Shown here piece after piece: positions 38,720 to 50,746 of a stretch of 64,000 nt of DNA (positions are counted from its first letter, which is position 1; the number at the start of each line of letters is the position of its first letter). A program made the translations under genes and the position numbers. The DNA comes from Macrostomum lignano (lineage: Eukaryota). The stretch lies in contig NIVC01002364.1 in assembly GCA_002269645.1 (NCBI GenBank), forward strand, positions 1 through 64,000. The letters are read 5' to 3'. A model generated the notes under the pieces. It ran no database searches. It saw only the letters and a list, made by a program, of their open reading frames with translations, and was not told the DNA's origin.

Positions 38720-39440
38720 GAACTCCACCCCCATGACAATTTTTTTTGCTGCGCCGTATTGGAGCAACGCAGGCACATGAAATTCAAGAACACGGGCTAA
38801 CTTTTTACGGCGTCCGGGTGATGACTGAATGCCTGAGAGACTAGCTGAGGCTGTCCCGCGGTTGAGGCTTGCCCATTGTCAAGACTTGATCAGCGAAACT
38901 CGAGAAATTCTTATCAGGCTGCTCATAGTCACCTGGTGTAATCCGTTGAAGGTGCCGACGGCGTCGGGGTGATGATGGAAGGCTCGAGAGACTATCTGAG
39001 GATACCTAGCAGTTGAGGTTTGCCCACTGTTGAGGATGGATCAGCGAAACAAAAAAAATTTGCAACAGCGTGTCCATAGTCACTTGGTGCCACCTGTTGA
39101 AGGTCCAGAAGCTCCGTCTGGGAGAAGGCCAGTGACCAACAAAGTCAGAGCTGATGAAGACACATCAGCTAGTCGACGTGCTGATGAAATTTGGAGACTT
39201 GGCAAGGCTGCACTGAGGCGCAGTGCTGACTGGCGCACAAGGGTGTACTGAATACCTGGCGCTTATGGGAAAAATCCGACCTTCTGGCAGAATCGTCGAA
39301 TATCTCGTCGGTCCGGAAAGCTGGCGACTTGATTCTTGTTTGCGAAGGTGCGCAACAAAAAGTTAGCCCGTGTTCTTGAATTTCGTGTGCCTGCGTTGCT
39401 CCGTTCCGGCGCAGCAAAAAAAATTGTTAGGGGGGGATTC
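38720..39440. mobile_element. Inverted-repeat-bounded (foldback/MITE-like) element; ~70-bp IRs at 38736-38806 and 39357-39427; internal diverged ~150-bp tandem duplication
   Basis: The reverse complement of the right arm matches the left arm (acaatttttttt(t)gctgcgccg..ggagcaacgcaggcaca.gaaattcaagaacacgggctaacttttt). No TSD was identified. Confidence 0.65.
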
Positions 39441-39599
39441 CCCCCCCCCCTCTTGGTAGTTCTACTGTTATTCAACGCTTCGAAAACATTTCGTACGACT
39501 GCTAAAACTATACGAATATTAAATTCATGAAACAGTCATGCGCTTGCGCATATCGTTTTGGAGGTAGATATTGAGGAATTTTTGCTACGAGTGACGAAA

Positions 39600-42500
39600 A
39601 TGAATCATTGTTATGACAAAACCATATGTGCAATCTACCATTATCTCATGCACCTTACACCCAATAAAATTTCGCAACCACTTCTCGAAGAGAACCACTT
39701 TGCACAAAACATTGCAGAACATAAAACCAAGGATGAGCTGGGGAGGATTTTTGAAATTCCTATTCGGCGCAGCCTGTCTGCTGGCGGCGGCTGCAGTGAC
39801 ATTTTTTTTACCGTTTCACTTACTGTCAGCGTCCTCATCTCCGGACTGACCAGTGCGGGCGTAACTGCTCTCTACGGCGCTTGGAGTAATCTGGATTGGA
39901 AACCATTCTGGAAAGAGGTTGGCCTAGGCGCCTTGATCGGTGTAGTCAGTGGTGTCTTTTCTATTGCTGCCTCTGCTGCCACAGCCAGTTTAACTGCGAA
40001 TATGCGAACATGGGGCTTTAAAGCCTTAGCTACGAATTTATTGATACGGGGTGCGGCAGGTGCTATCACAGGTACCATTGCTAACGCCGTTATTAACTTC
40101 GTGCAAGGCAGGGCATGGAACGAAAACCTTCTTCGCGCTGTCTTCTCGACCACTCTCGCCGCCATTGTTCCTATTGTGTTCGAACGACCATCAATCGAAC
40201 GATGCATCAAAAAGTTTATCACTGAGCACCTTCCAAAAATTACAGCAATACAAGAAATCCTTGCCCACACTGTGTCTAATATCGTTGGACAGCTGGTATT
40301 CACCGGTACAGTAGATCAATCCCTTCTTCTTTGCTCAATGGCAGGCGGTTTGGCCATCACCGGAGCCCGTTACTGGCGGGCCAGTAGACAGCAGCAACAG
40401 CCGAGTCAGTTGGTCAAAGAAGGTAACCCAGAAGCCCCTGAAGATAACCAGGCGACCGATGGAAAAAAGCAGAATGTAACAGCAGAGGAAACCACTCAAG
40501 AAAATAGACAACAAACGACAACCCAGAAACAAGAAAGCACACAAAAGGCAAAAAAACCGTCCAGCTCGGCAACGACAAAGACTACTCCAGAAAATACACA
40601 AAAAACGACAAACCAGAAACAAGAAAGCACACAAAATGCAGGAAAATCGTCCAGCTCGGCAACGACAAAGACTACTCCAGAGAGTAGACAAAAAACGACA
40701 ACCCAGAAACAAGAAAGCACACAAAATGCAGGAAAATCGTCCAGCTCGGCAACGACAAAGACTACTCCAGAAAGTAGACAACAAACGACAACCCAGAAAC
40801 AAGAAAGCACACGAAATGCAGGAAAACCGTCCAGCTCGGCAACGACAAAGACTACTACAGAAAGTAGACAACAAACGACAACCCAGAAACAAGAAAGCAC
40901 ACAAAATGCAGGAAAATCGTCCAGCTCGGCAACGACAAAGACTACTCCAGAAAGTAGACAACAAACGACAACCCAGAAACTAGAAAGCACACGAAATGCA
41001 GGAAAACCGTCCAGCTCGGCAACGACAAAGACTACTCCAGAAAGTAGACAACAAACGACAACCCAGAAACAAGAAAGCACACGAAATGCAGGAAAACCGT
41101 CCAGCTCGGCAACAACAAAGATTACTCCAGAAAGTAGACAACAAACGACAACCCAGAAACAAGAAAGCACACAAAATGCAGGAAAACCGTCCAGCTCGGC
41201 AACGACAAAGACTACTCCAGCAAAAATATATGGAGCAGCACTAAAACTACAACAAAGTATTCACACTGATCACCTTCTCCCTCGTCACAGCGACACTGGA
41301 GGATTTACCCTCCTAGGTCATCATGGTGACTTCCCTCCACCATCTGCTTCAACGCTTGAAAGAACCGATGAGACTCTGAAGCCTCTGAAGCCTCTGAAGC
41401 CTCCGAAGTCTCCTCATCCCGAAGGAAATGAGCTACCAATGCCACAGACTGGTCATTCTGAAAAACCGCATAATGCTGAAAATCATAATTTTATGCATTC
41501 TGCAAAAACACATGACAAAATAAAAAAAAACAGTGACCCAGAAAATCTCTCGCCGTCAGAAAATGCCTCACTGCCAGGAAATTCCACAGCGCCAGAAAAT
41601 GCCTCACCGCCAGAAAATGCCTCACCGCCAGAAAATGCCTCACCGCCAGAAAATGCCTCACCGCCAGAAAATTCCTCACCGCCAGAAAATGCCTCACCGC
41701 CAGAAAATTCCTCACCGCCAGAAAATTCCTCACCGCCAGAAAATGCCTCACCGCCAGAAAATGCCTCACCGCCAGAAAATGCCTCACCGCCAGAAAATGC
41801 CTCACCGCCAGAAAATGCCTCACCGCCAGAAAATGCCTCACCGCCAGAAAATGCCTCACCGCCAGAAAATTCCTCAGCGCCAGAAAATGCCTCACCGCCA
41901 GAAAATTCCTCAGCGCCAGAAAATGCCTCACCGCCAGAAAATTCCACAGCGCCAGAAAATGCCTCACCGCCAGAAAATTCCTCAGCGCCAGAAAATGCCT
42001 CACCGCCAGAAAATGCCTCACCGCCAGGAAATTCCTCAGCGCCAGAAAATTCCTCACCGCCAGGAAATTCCTCACCGCCAGGAAATTCCTCACCGCCAGG
42101 AAATTCCTCACCGCAAGGAAATTCCTCACCGCCAGAAAATTCCTCAGCGCCAGGAAATTCCTCACCGCCAGGAAATTCCTCACAGCCAGGAAATCCCTTG
42201 CCGCCAGAAAATCCCTCGCCGCAAGGAAATCCCTCGCCGCCGGAAAATTCCTCACCGCCAGAAAATTTCCCACCGCCAGAAAATCCCTCACCGCCGGAAA
42301 ATGCGCTACCAATGCCGCAGACTGATCTTGCCGAAAAGCCGCATGATACTAAAAAACAAGATTCACCCAAAAAGACCAGTAACCGACAAAAAGACGCACA
42401 GAAACAAGAAAGCACACAAAAGGCAAACGATTTGTCCAGCTCATCCACGACAAAGACTACTCCAGAAAATATGCAAGAAACGACAACCCAGAAACAAGAA

Positions 42501-45500
42501 AGCACACAGAAGGCAAGCGAATCGCCTAGCTGGAAAACGGTAAAAGAGACTCTAGAAAATGGACAAGAAGATAATAGAGCAGCTGTCCTGAAAGATGTCT
42601 CGGCCAACAATGGCAAAGCGCATGCAATCAAACAGACGGATTTGGCTGTCGAGAGTACAACTTCGGTAAATAGACATGGAGCAGCGTCGCAACAACAGAA
42701 TGCTTACACTGATCACCCTCTCCCTTCAAAATTTCATGGCACAATCACTTCATCACATCCGGAAAATCCGGCACCGCAACCAACTCGTCTTGAAAGTCTT
42801 ACCCCAACAAGAATAGAAATGCTTTCTCATGTTGCGTCAAGTATCGTTGAGCAACTCGTATCGAACGGCGAAACTGATCCCGCTCTTCTTGCTTGCTCAA
42901 TGGCAGGCTGCCTGGCTATCACCAGAGCCCGGTACTTGCAGACTATTAGAAGGCAGCAACGGTCCAGTGAGTTGGTCAAAGAAGATAATAGGGAGGCCCC
43001 AGAAGATAACCGGGCCACCGATGGAAAAAAGAAGGATGAAGCAGCAGAGGAGACCACTCGAGAAAATGGACAAGCAGGTAATAGAGCAGCTGTTCCGAAA
43101 GATGTCCCGGCCAGCAATGGCGAAGCGCTTCCATCAATACCAGAATCCGGTCGTGCTGAAAAGCATCATAATACTGAAAAACCATATACAATTAAAGAGA
43201 CCGGTGACTCACCTAGAGAATTGCTCAAAGAGTCCCGCGACGCGAAAAAACAGGCAGTGTCACCAATGTTGGAGACTGCTCAGGATGAGGATCCTAAAAG
43301 TTTAAGCAACTACGCTTTGGGCACAGACGCCTCATTGCATGCCTCGGCATCTTTTACAAGCAACAGTGGCACTGCTAATACGGATCGTTCTCGAATGCCC
43401 GAAGGAGCGATTTGTGATACGCTTTCGCCGCCGCCTCCTCCACCGCCACCAGCCGCTCTAAATGTAGGATACCAGCAAGCTCAGCAAACTATCAAGAAAG
43501 AGAGGGCGCCTCTCATATTCAGCTCCACTATGGAGCTCTTACAGTACAAAGCGCAACGCAAACGAGAAGCGGACGAAGCCAAGCAGTTGGCGCACATGCC
43601 GTCGCCTAAAACATTCGAGACAGCCACTTCGAGGACAGCAAGTGATGCTGCTAGCCGAAGCTCTGGGGGCATTGGAAGAGGGTCACAAAATGCTGACTTG
43701 CAACCCTTTGGAATGAACACTGCTGACTCTGATAACAAGGAGTCAGGAAAGGAAGAAAAGGACACACCTAAGCACTTTCAAAATGATCGAGACGAAAAAA
43801 TTCATCCGCAAGCAGAGGCGTCAGTTGAGAGTTTCTCAGTTAAGGTATCTGCCGACTCCGCCCCTTCATTGAATCTGTGCAGAGTGGTCCCTCTGATTCT
43901 GTGGGACGAAAAGGATCAAAAGTACAAAATGGGAGATCCTGCTGAGTGGCAGCTGCCCCAAGGGCTCAAGGTAATTGCGGTCAGTGGGTCTATGCGGAGT
44001 GGAACCACCACATTTATTCACGACCAGATTATGGACTTCGGCTATCAGTTCACGGAGAACCAGATCGCTGCCACCCTGTTCAAGGTCGGAGTGGTCATGT
44101 ACGTATTGGAGAAGGAGAAAGTCGTGTTTCTGGACATTTGTGACAATATCGACAACATCAGCGGTGCTCTGGACAGCAGCGACTGCACAGAAGAGGAAAA
44201 AATCGAGCAAGGCTTCTGTCCAGCTGGAAACTTCTTGTTGGACCTCTTTGGCTTTGCTGCATCCACCCACTTTATCCTGCACTGCTCGATTGACCCCGAG
44301 CTTTCGGAAGTCGACTCGCAGAGTATCACAAAACCGTTCATTTACGCCAAGATGAAATTTCTCGCGTGCAATATTGACAAGTTTCTCCAACGCGGAGGTC
44401 CAGCACAGCTCAGCGTGGTGCTCCGCGCAAAGAAGAGCAAAGTCATAGTGCGCTACGCAGACGATTGGGATGAAACCATTATGCTCAATTCCAACGCGGT
44501 GGAATCTGACTCTGACTTTCAAGATGATGTCGTAGAAGACAAGAAGCTGATGCAGCTCTTTCCCGTCAGAAGGTTCTACCCGCTGAAGTATTATCCTGTT
44601 CAAGGTGGGATCTCAGTCCGAACAAATGAGAAACTCTCAAAGCAGCGAGAGGCAATCAAGGAGGCAATTCAGCAATCGAAAGTTCACTTGGCGTCATTTC
44701 CCAACGAATATCTGCCAGAACTCACCGTCCACTGGCCGCAGGTCTGGCGCGAGCTGAGTGAGAACGAAGAGCTGCAAGCTGCGCTACTCAAGTACGCCAA
44801 CGAGCGCAATGTGAAACAAAAACCACAAAGTCCTGTAGAAGAGCGTCTAGCGCGATTCTACGAACTTGTAACGGAGCTCCAGAAGTATTCTGCAGAAAAG
44901 TTTCCGGAACACGACCTACTCAGCAGGTTGAAAGAAGCGCAGGAATGGTGTCACGCGAAGACAGAAGAGTTTCAGCAGTCTGTCGAGGACATGCGAGATC
45001 CGACCACTCCATTCCAATGCATCCTCAAATTCGCGGAAATCATTCTCAGGACTGGACTCAGCATCTCTAATCTCAGGGAGGTGGAACTGAAAAATCGCTG
45101 CTTGGAAACCAGTCTAAGAGGCTACACTGTTCTCATCTGGTGCGAGGAGCCAATGCTGGAGTTCCTCTTTGCCAGATTAGCAATCAATGAATTCTCTGCT
45201 CTGAGCCTCCTCACTGACGAAGCCGTCTGCACAATGTTCGATGGTGCTTGGATGTTTTTAGCCCGAGCCGCCGACTTTGGCTACAAGCTGTCTCTGGCCC
45301 GGCACGGTGTGGTGGGCATCGCGATCCGCTGTCTGGCATCCAATCGATTTTTCCCACAGTCCAGCAGGATGCGCTTCTACATACTGCTCACACTGAGGAA
45401 TATGGTTGAGGATGATGTCAGATTTCCCATGAGCACATACGCCAACGACATTGCTGGAAAATATCAGCTTCCTCAGAGCGAGGTTGATTTCGAGAAACTC

Positions 45501-47171
45501 TTGTGTGAGGTGTCCTACGACGCCAAGGAGCTTGCGGAGAAGCTGGCGCTCAATGCATTTGAACGCGCTGGCGAAACAGTATCTGAAGATGCATTCATCA
45601 CAAAATATACGGAAGTGGTTCAGAGAAAACTTCGGTGCGACCCGAGCAACCAAACGACGCAAGCGGTCGGGTTGAAGGACACGGAGACTCAGAAGAGGTG
45701 GCAGCGAATCACAGGAGCCTTTTTCAATCGCCTCTTCTTCGAGATTGGAACGCGAACGGCGCGACAGATCCTGGAGCTTCGGAATGACGAATCACCAGAC
45801 GCCTATCAGATCTTCAGGGAGAAATTGTGTCGCAATGACCCGGACCCTGACTGTCTTCGGCAGCAGGCTCACATAATTCACTGCATGCTGCAACTCGAGG
45901 AGACGAACCTGTCAAAAATTATTATTAATATTCAGGAGCTCCGAGACTTCATTGTCTACCAGTTGCGCAACTTTCTTGACCTACCCTCATACCGAGCTGT
46001 CCTTGGACTGGCGGCTCAGGCAATGCATGAGGAACACCGGATGAGAAATGAAGGTGAAAAACAACAGCAGCAACAAGAAGAGAAAGTTCAGGACATGAAC
46101 ACAATGCGCCGACAAGAGCAGCGACTGCTTGAGAAGCAACAGTTCGGAGAGCTTCAGCTTCTCCTTCTGCGCAACGACTGTCTTCAGCCGATTCTGGACG
46201 CTTTGCTGAAACGCGCCATCAAGGACAGCGACACTCCAACAACCATATTCTCCCATGTTCTTACGGAGCTGCTGCTGAGCAGTGAAGAGGAAGAATATAA
46301 AAAGTTGTCTCTCGCGATTTTTGCTCAGCAAATCAGAGGAGTTCGCGCTCACGCTATTGATCAGCTGTCCCGCTGCTTGCCGAGCAAAACGGAGACCAAG
46401 GAACCCTTTGCCGGATGCTACCGCAGCGCGTCTGCCGCTCTCATGCTGTACAACAAGCTCAGCGCTGTCTACTTCCGTTGCTGCGACAGCGACGGCGATT
46501 TGTCGCTTGAGTTTCTGCGGCTGTTCTACAAGAAGCTGAGCACTGAGGACAAGACCGAGTATGCAAAAGCAGCCATCAGCTCGGAAGCTGTCGAGACGGC
46601 AGTGAAACTGGTTCTTGACCTTAACAGGTTCAAGGATCAAGACGGTGCTGAGCTGAAGTTCCAAACTCTGATTTTCCTATGGAATCTGCAGGTAAGGTTC
46701 AATGAACCAATTATTAACTTGTTAAAGTGAAGTAGCGATTATCTTTGCTGAATATTTTTATTCTGATATAGTGAATGACGCTTCAACTGACGTAAACTAC
46801 GATTCCAGGAAACATCCGGCCTCTCCCTGATCGACGCCAAGCGGAAGCATCTCGGCCAAAACATTGGCAGCCTATCCGACGTCAGGAATGTGAAACTCTA
46901 CTGGCACAAGAGACAGGTGGCCGATGAGCGAGTCGGATTCTCCGAGGAGCAGGTTGCACGGCTACTCCTCTTCCTGGAGAGCAACAGCGACACCGACAAG
47001 GTCGCCTCACTTCTTGAATTGAATTTCGCATTCAGATGGGGAGCGAAGCACGCGAAGGATTTCTGTGAGCTGCAGGACGAGAGGCAGAAGCTGTGGAAAG
47101 AAGCCAAGCTTCGGTTCCAAGCAACGCAAGCCAGAAATGCTCGACTCCGACGTTTCGAAAGGAAAGACTGA
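39600..47171 (+). CDS. Giant ~2480-aa protein: Gly/Ala-rich hydrophobic N-terminal helices, Ser/Thr/Pro-rich coding repeats, degenerate GBP/atlastin (GB1/RHD3)-like GTPase domain, helical/ARM-like C-terminus
   Basis: Uninterrupted ORF 39558-46730 (first ATG 39600). Donor CAG|gtaagg at 46691/46692 and acceptor ttccag|G at 46809 join in phase 0 to a terminal exon ending TGA at 47171. P-loop-like GSMRSGTT at 43986-44009. The true start is uncertain. Confidence 0.85.
40490..41220 (+). repeat. Coding 90-bp tandem repeat (~8 copies; TTPESRQQTTTQKQESTQNAGKSSSSATTK)
   Basis: actactccag anchor at 40581 and 40671, continuing at 90-bp spacing; in frame. Confidence 0.95.
41545..42300 (+). repeat. Coding 18-bp tandem repeat (~40 copies; PPENAS/PPENSS/PPGNSS)
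   Basis: Visible, in frame with the giant ORF. Confidence 0.95.
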
Positions 47172-49379
47172 GAAAGGACAGCAAGAGTAAATTCTTACCA
47201 AGTGTTTACGTCGTCCAACTGACCAGGAATTTTTTTCATTTAATTATTCATTAGAAGTAAGATTGGTAAATTGAAAAACGCCAATTGGAACTAGCTATGG
47301 CCATTAAATTGAATGTGTCTGAGAAAAAGAGTCTAGCGTTGCCTAAACATTTACCGCCACTCAACTCTATAATCCTACACTTATACTCGTAGATAGGCCA
47401 GCAACCCGCACGAATTAAGCATGTTAGTAAACTTTGTAGTCTTGCTAAAGTTTATTAAATTATTAAATGACTCAGATAATTTTATTGGGTAATTTAAAAA
47501 AAACATTATCACAAAATATCAGAAACAGGAGAAGACGATGAAATCATTCTGTGACCATTTTTATAGATTGTAGGGCTATCGTAGTTTATCTGAGAGCTAT
47601 TAAATGGAAAGCTCTGGATTACTTTTGATGTAATAAATATTCTACCGTAAATTGACGATAATGCTATCACTTTTTTACGTTGAAATTTTTTCAAGCGCTT
47701 TTTATTTATATATGAGCTATATTTATCCAGTTTCTGTGATGGAATTTTATTTAATAACAATTTTTTACTCTCGACTCAAACCGTCGGTTAGATTTAATTG
47801 GAATATGATCAGCAAATTTTTATTCAGTTACAATTTATTAGAAAGTGCTCACGTTTTTTGACGTTTTTTATACACTTTTGGGCTCGTTATTTCCCTGAGA
47901 GCTATTATATGGAGAGTACTCTGAGTACTCTCCATGTACTCGTAATATTCTAAAATGCAACTTGATGTTAATACTATAATTGTTCTACTGAAAACATTAA
48001 AAAACGTTTTTATCCCTATATTTATCCAGTTTTCTTCGCCGAGTGTTATTTAATATCGATTTTTTTTACTGTCGACTCCGGCCGAAAGTTTAGTTTTTTT
48101 CGGTTCTGAGCAGCGAATTTTGATTTAGTTTACAATCTTTTGTCACAATTTCTTGGAAAGTGCGGAAGCTTTATATATATTTTACACTTATAGGGTCGTG
48201 ATTGATTTTAAATGTATATTTACTTGTCTCTTATTCAATATATTTTTTGGCTTAATATATTAAATTAAAATTATTAGTGACACTGTCGCTTCTGAACTGT
48301 TCGCTTTACAACGCTTTGAACGTTGCTTAAGGAAAGCGTTATCGCGTTTATGTGTTAACGAAACGCAAAAATGGTTATTCAGTTTCTATATTTTTCATCA
48401 GTAATATTTTAAAGAAAACATACGCAGTAATTTATAGTGGCGTTAATTATTTTTTGTGATTCTGACTGCTCGCAGCAGTGAACTGGAAGACTATTGCAAA
48501 CATCGTTTAAATCTAGGGAGTTCGAATTGATTTTGCATGTATTATTGTGAGGCAGTGTCTTTTCTAACTATATTACTATTAGTAGTTAGATTCGTATTTT
48601 ATCCAACTTAACCAATCAGCTAATTTCTAGGTTTTTGTTTGAATATTATCATTTGTTTTAATTCTTGCTTGCTTAAATCTTTGCGAATTTTTGTTTTAAC
48701 GAGCACTATCCAATAGCAGCGCACTTTACCCCCTCCCAAATTTCTATACATACAGCGCCACTAAGCCCAAAATAAACTCAACCTTTGCTTTCAGTACCGA
48801 CCTGCATGCTTTCTTAGCTATAGTCTTCTAGCCTAAACGAAATCTCTACTAAAGAGACTTACATTGTTAGTTCTTTTCTAGAATAGGGAGAACTGAGGTC
48901 GTGGAGACCCAGAATAGGAGTCTGGAATAGGGAGACTGAGGTCGTGGAGACCCAGAATAGGAGTCTGGAATAGGGAAACTGAGGTCGCTGGAAACTGGAA
49001 AACCTGCTGGAAACCCTTGATCCCCGTATAACGCAGTACTTTCGGACTTATTTTAGGAAGTTAGACAGTGTCTTACCGTTTGGGCACTTATCGTCGCTAC
49101 CACGAGATTTCTAAGAAATCGAGTGAATTTAGAATTTTCTAAGAAAGAGTCTAAATTCTAAGAAAGAATTCTAAGAAAGAATTTATAAATACATGTAGGC
49201 AGAAGTTCCCCTGGAACAAATGTTTTAAAATTACAAAGTACGTTGCTTCCTTTGAGTACATAGCCCTTCTAACATTCTAAAAAGTCACAAGTGAAGTCTT
49301 AAGACATGAAAATTATTTATAATTAATATTAGGCCGGCAGTAGCTCATATTATTAGACACAACATATTTTATTGGGTAG

Positions 49380-50746
49380 TTGGGATGTGACTCAAGAAAT
49401 TATGAGTCGCCATGCAAGTCTCGGGTGGACAAAGAGTTGCGGCAACTCTATTGCTTTGTTAAGGATGGTTGGACAGCTCAAGGAATTCGAAAAATGCCGA
49501 CGTACGCACGATTTCGAGATGAGCTGGTGATCGAACATGGTGTCTTATACCGAGGTTTGCGACTATTCTTCTTCGATTCCGAAGAAGGAGCATCAAATGG
49601 TGCTAGGACTACTTCACGAAGGCCACGTTGGTGCGGATAAAATGAAGTCCATCACCAGACAGTGCGTCTGGTGGCCAGGCATTGACTCGGATGTAACACT
49701 GCATGAAAAGCGATGTGCTGCCTGCCAGGCGAACAAGGACCACGGATCATCGATTCAGTGGACCTCATGGCCTCATGGAAAGCGAGAAGTGGTGCCAAGT
49801 GCACGCAAACTATGCCGGACCTTTTAAGGGTAACAAGTACCTACTCGTGCTCATTGATGCCCACAGTAAATGGGCTGAGGTACACGTTGTGCAGTCAACT
49901 ACATCGGCAGAAACTATTCGGCGTTTCCGTAAAACATTTTCGCAAGAGGGAGTCCCAGCGACCTTAGCCACGGACAACGGTCCTCAGTTCACCTCTGTGG
50001 AGATGGAAGGATGGCTTAAAGGAATAGGTTGCAGAAATGTACTCACGCCTCCGTATCACCCTATAGATCTAACGGTCTTGCTGAAAGGTTTGTGAGACGG
50101 AACTCCTGTCACTCCACAACAGGAAAGGCACCCGCCGAGTTGATGCGTGGACATCTACTGCGCACGGTGACACTCTCTTTGGCTAAGGAACCGGTGCGGG
50201 TTAAGACCTACAGGCATGAGACGGAGAAATGGAAACCGGGTGATGTTGTTGCGAATGAGGGCAAGGCTATTGTAGGAGTGCAACTGGCCGATGGTAAATA
50301 TGGAGGATTCTACCTGTAACAGGGGATACTCTGATGCACGCACATGAAGATACTGCCGATACTACGGAGAGAAATGCAACGGAGCCAAAACAGACCGAGA
50401 GGAACAACCTCAGTCAGCGCAACCGAAAAGCGCCCGATAGATTTCATCACTCTACTCTTGGAAGACCGGATGGTACTTGAACTGAATTTTGAACCGTGAC
50501 CGGTGCAAAGACTATTGGGGAGGAGTGTTAGATGCTAAGGCCGAGATTATAGATAATCTCTTATGTTAGTTATTACCACGGTGCATACTCTATGGCCGAA
50601 ACTGTTAAGCGGTACTCTTTTCGTTGAAGTGAGCAGAGCCGCAAGGCGTGAGTAGAGATCAGAGCAGCTCAACTGGAGCACTCCAATTCGTAACTAAATG
50701 CTGCACAACTAAACCGGTTTCCTTCGTGAACCATCACAAATTAACA
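49380..50746 (+). mobile_element. 5'-truncated, frameshifted Ty3/Gypsy (K02A2.6/Mag-like) LTR retrotransposon remnant: integrase, PPT and 3' LTR
   Basis: HHCC zinc finger LLHEGHVG..K..RQCVWWPGIDSD....CAAC. rve core VHANYAGPF..LVLIDAHSKW..TDNGPQFTS..PYHP.SNGLAERFV, split across frames. Purine tract ggggaggag immediately precedes the LTR. Confidence 0.9.
50526..50746 (+). repeat. 3' LTR (221 bp) with TGTTA...TAACA termini
   Basis: Follows the PPT, has inverted termini, and no partner LTR is seen in the window. Confidence 0.7.

Noticed and set aside
39600-39795. Ubiquitin-like domain suggested by RRSLSAGGG before the hydrophobic segment
   Set aside because: Only the terminal GG resembles ubiquitin; the beta-grasp pattern could not be recognised upstream without a profile search.
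40335-42631. Several long minus-strand and alternative-frame ORFs overlapping the giant gene
   Set aside because: They are shadows of the in-frame coding repeats, with no independent domain signal.
47530-48200. Degenerate ~300-bp tandem duplication downstream of the giant gene
   Set aside because: It is AT-rich and highly diverged, with no ORF or terminal structure that could be assigned.
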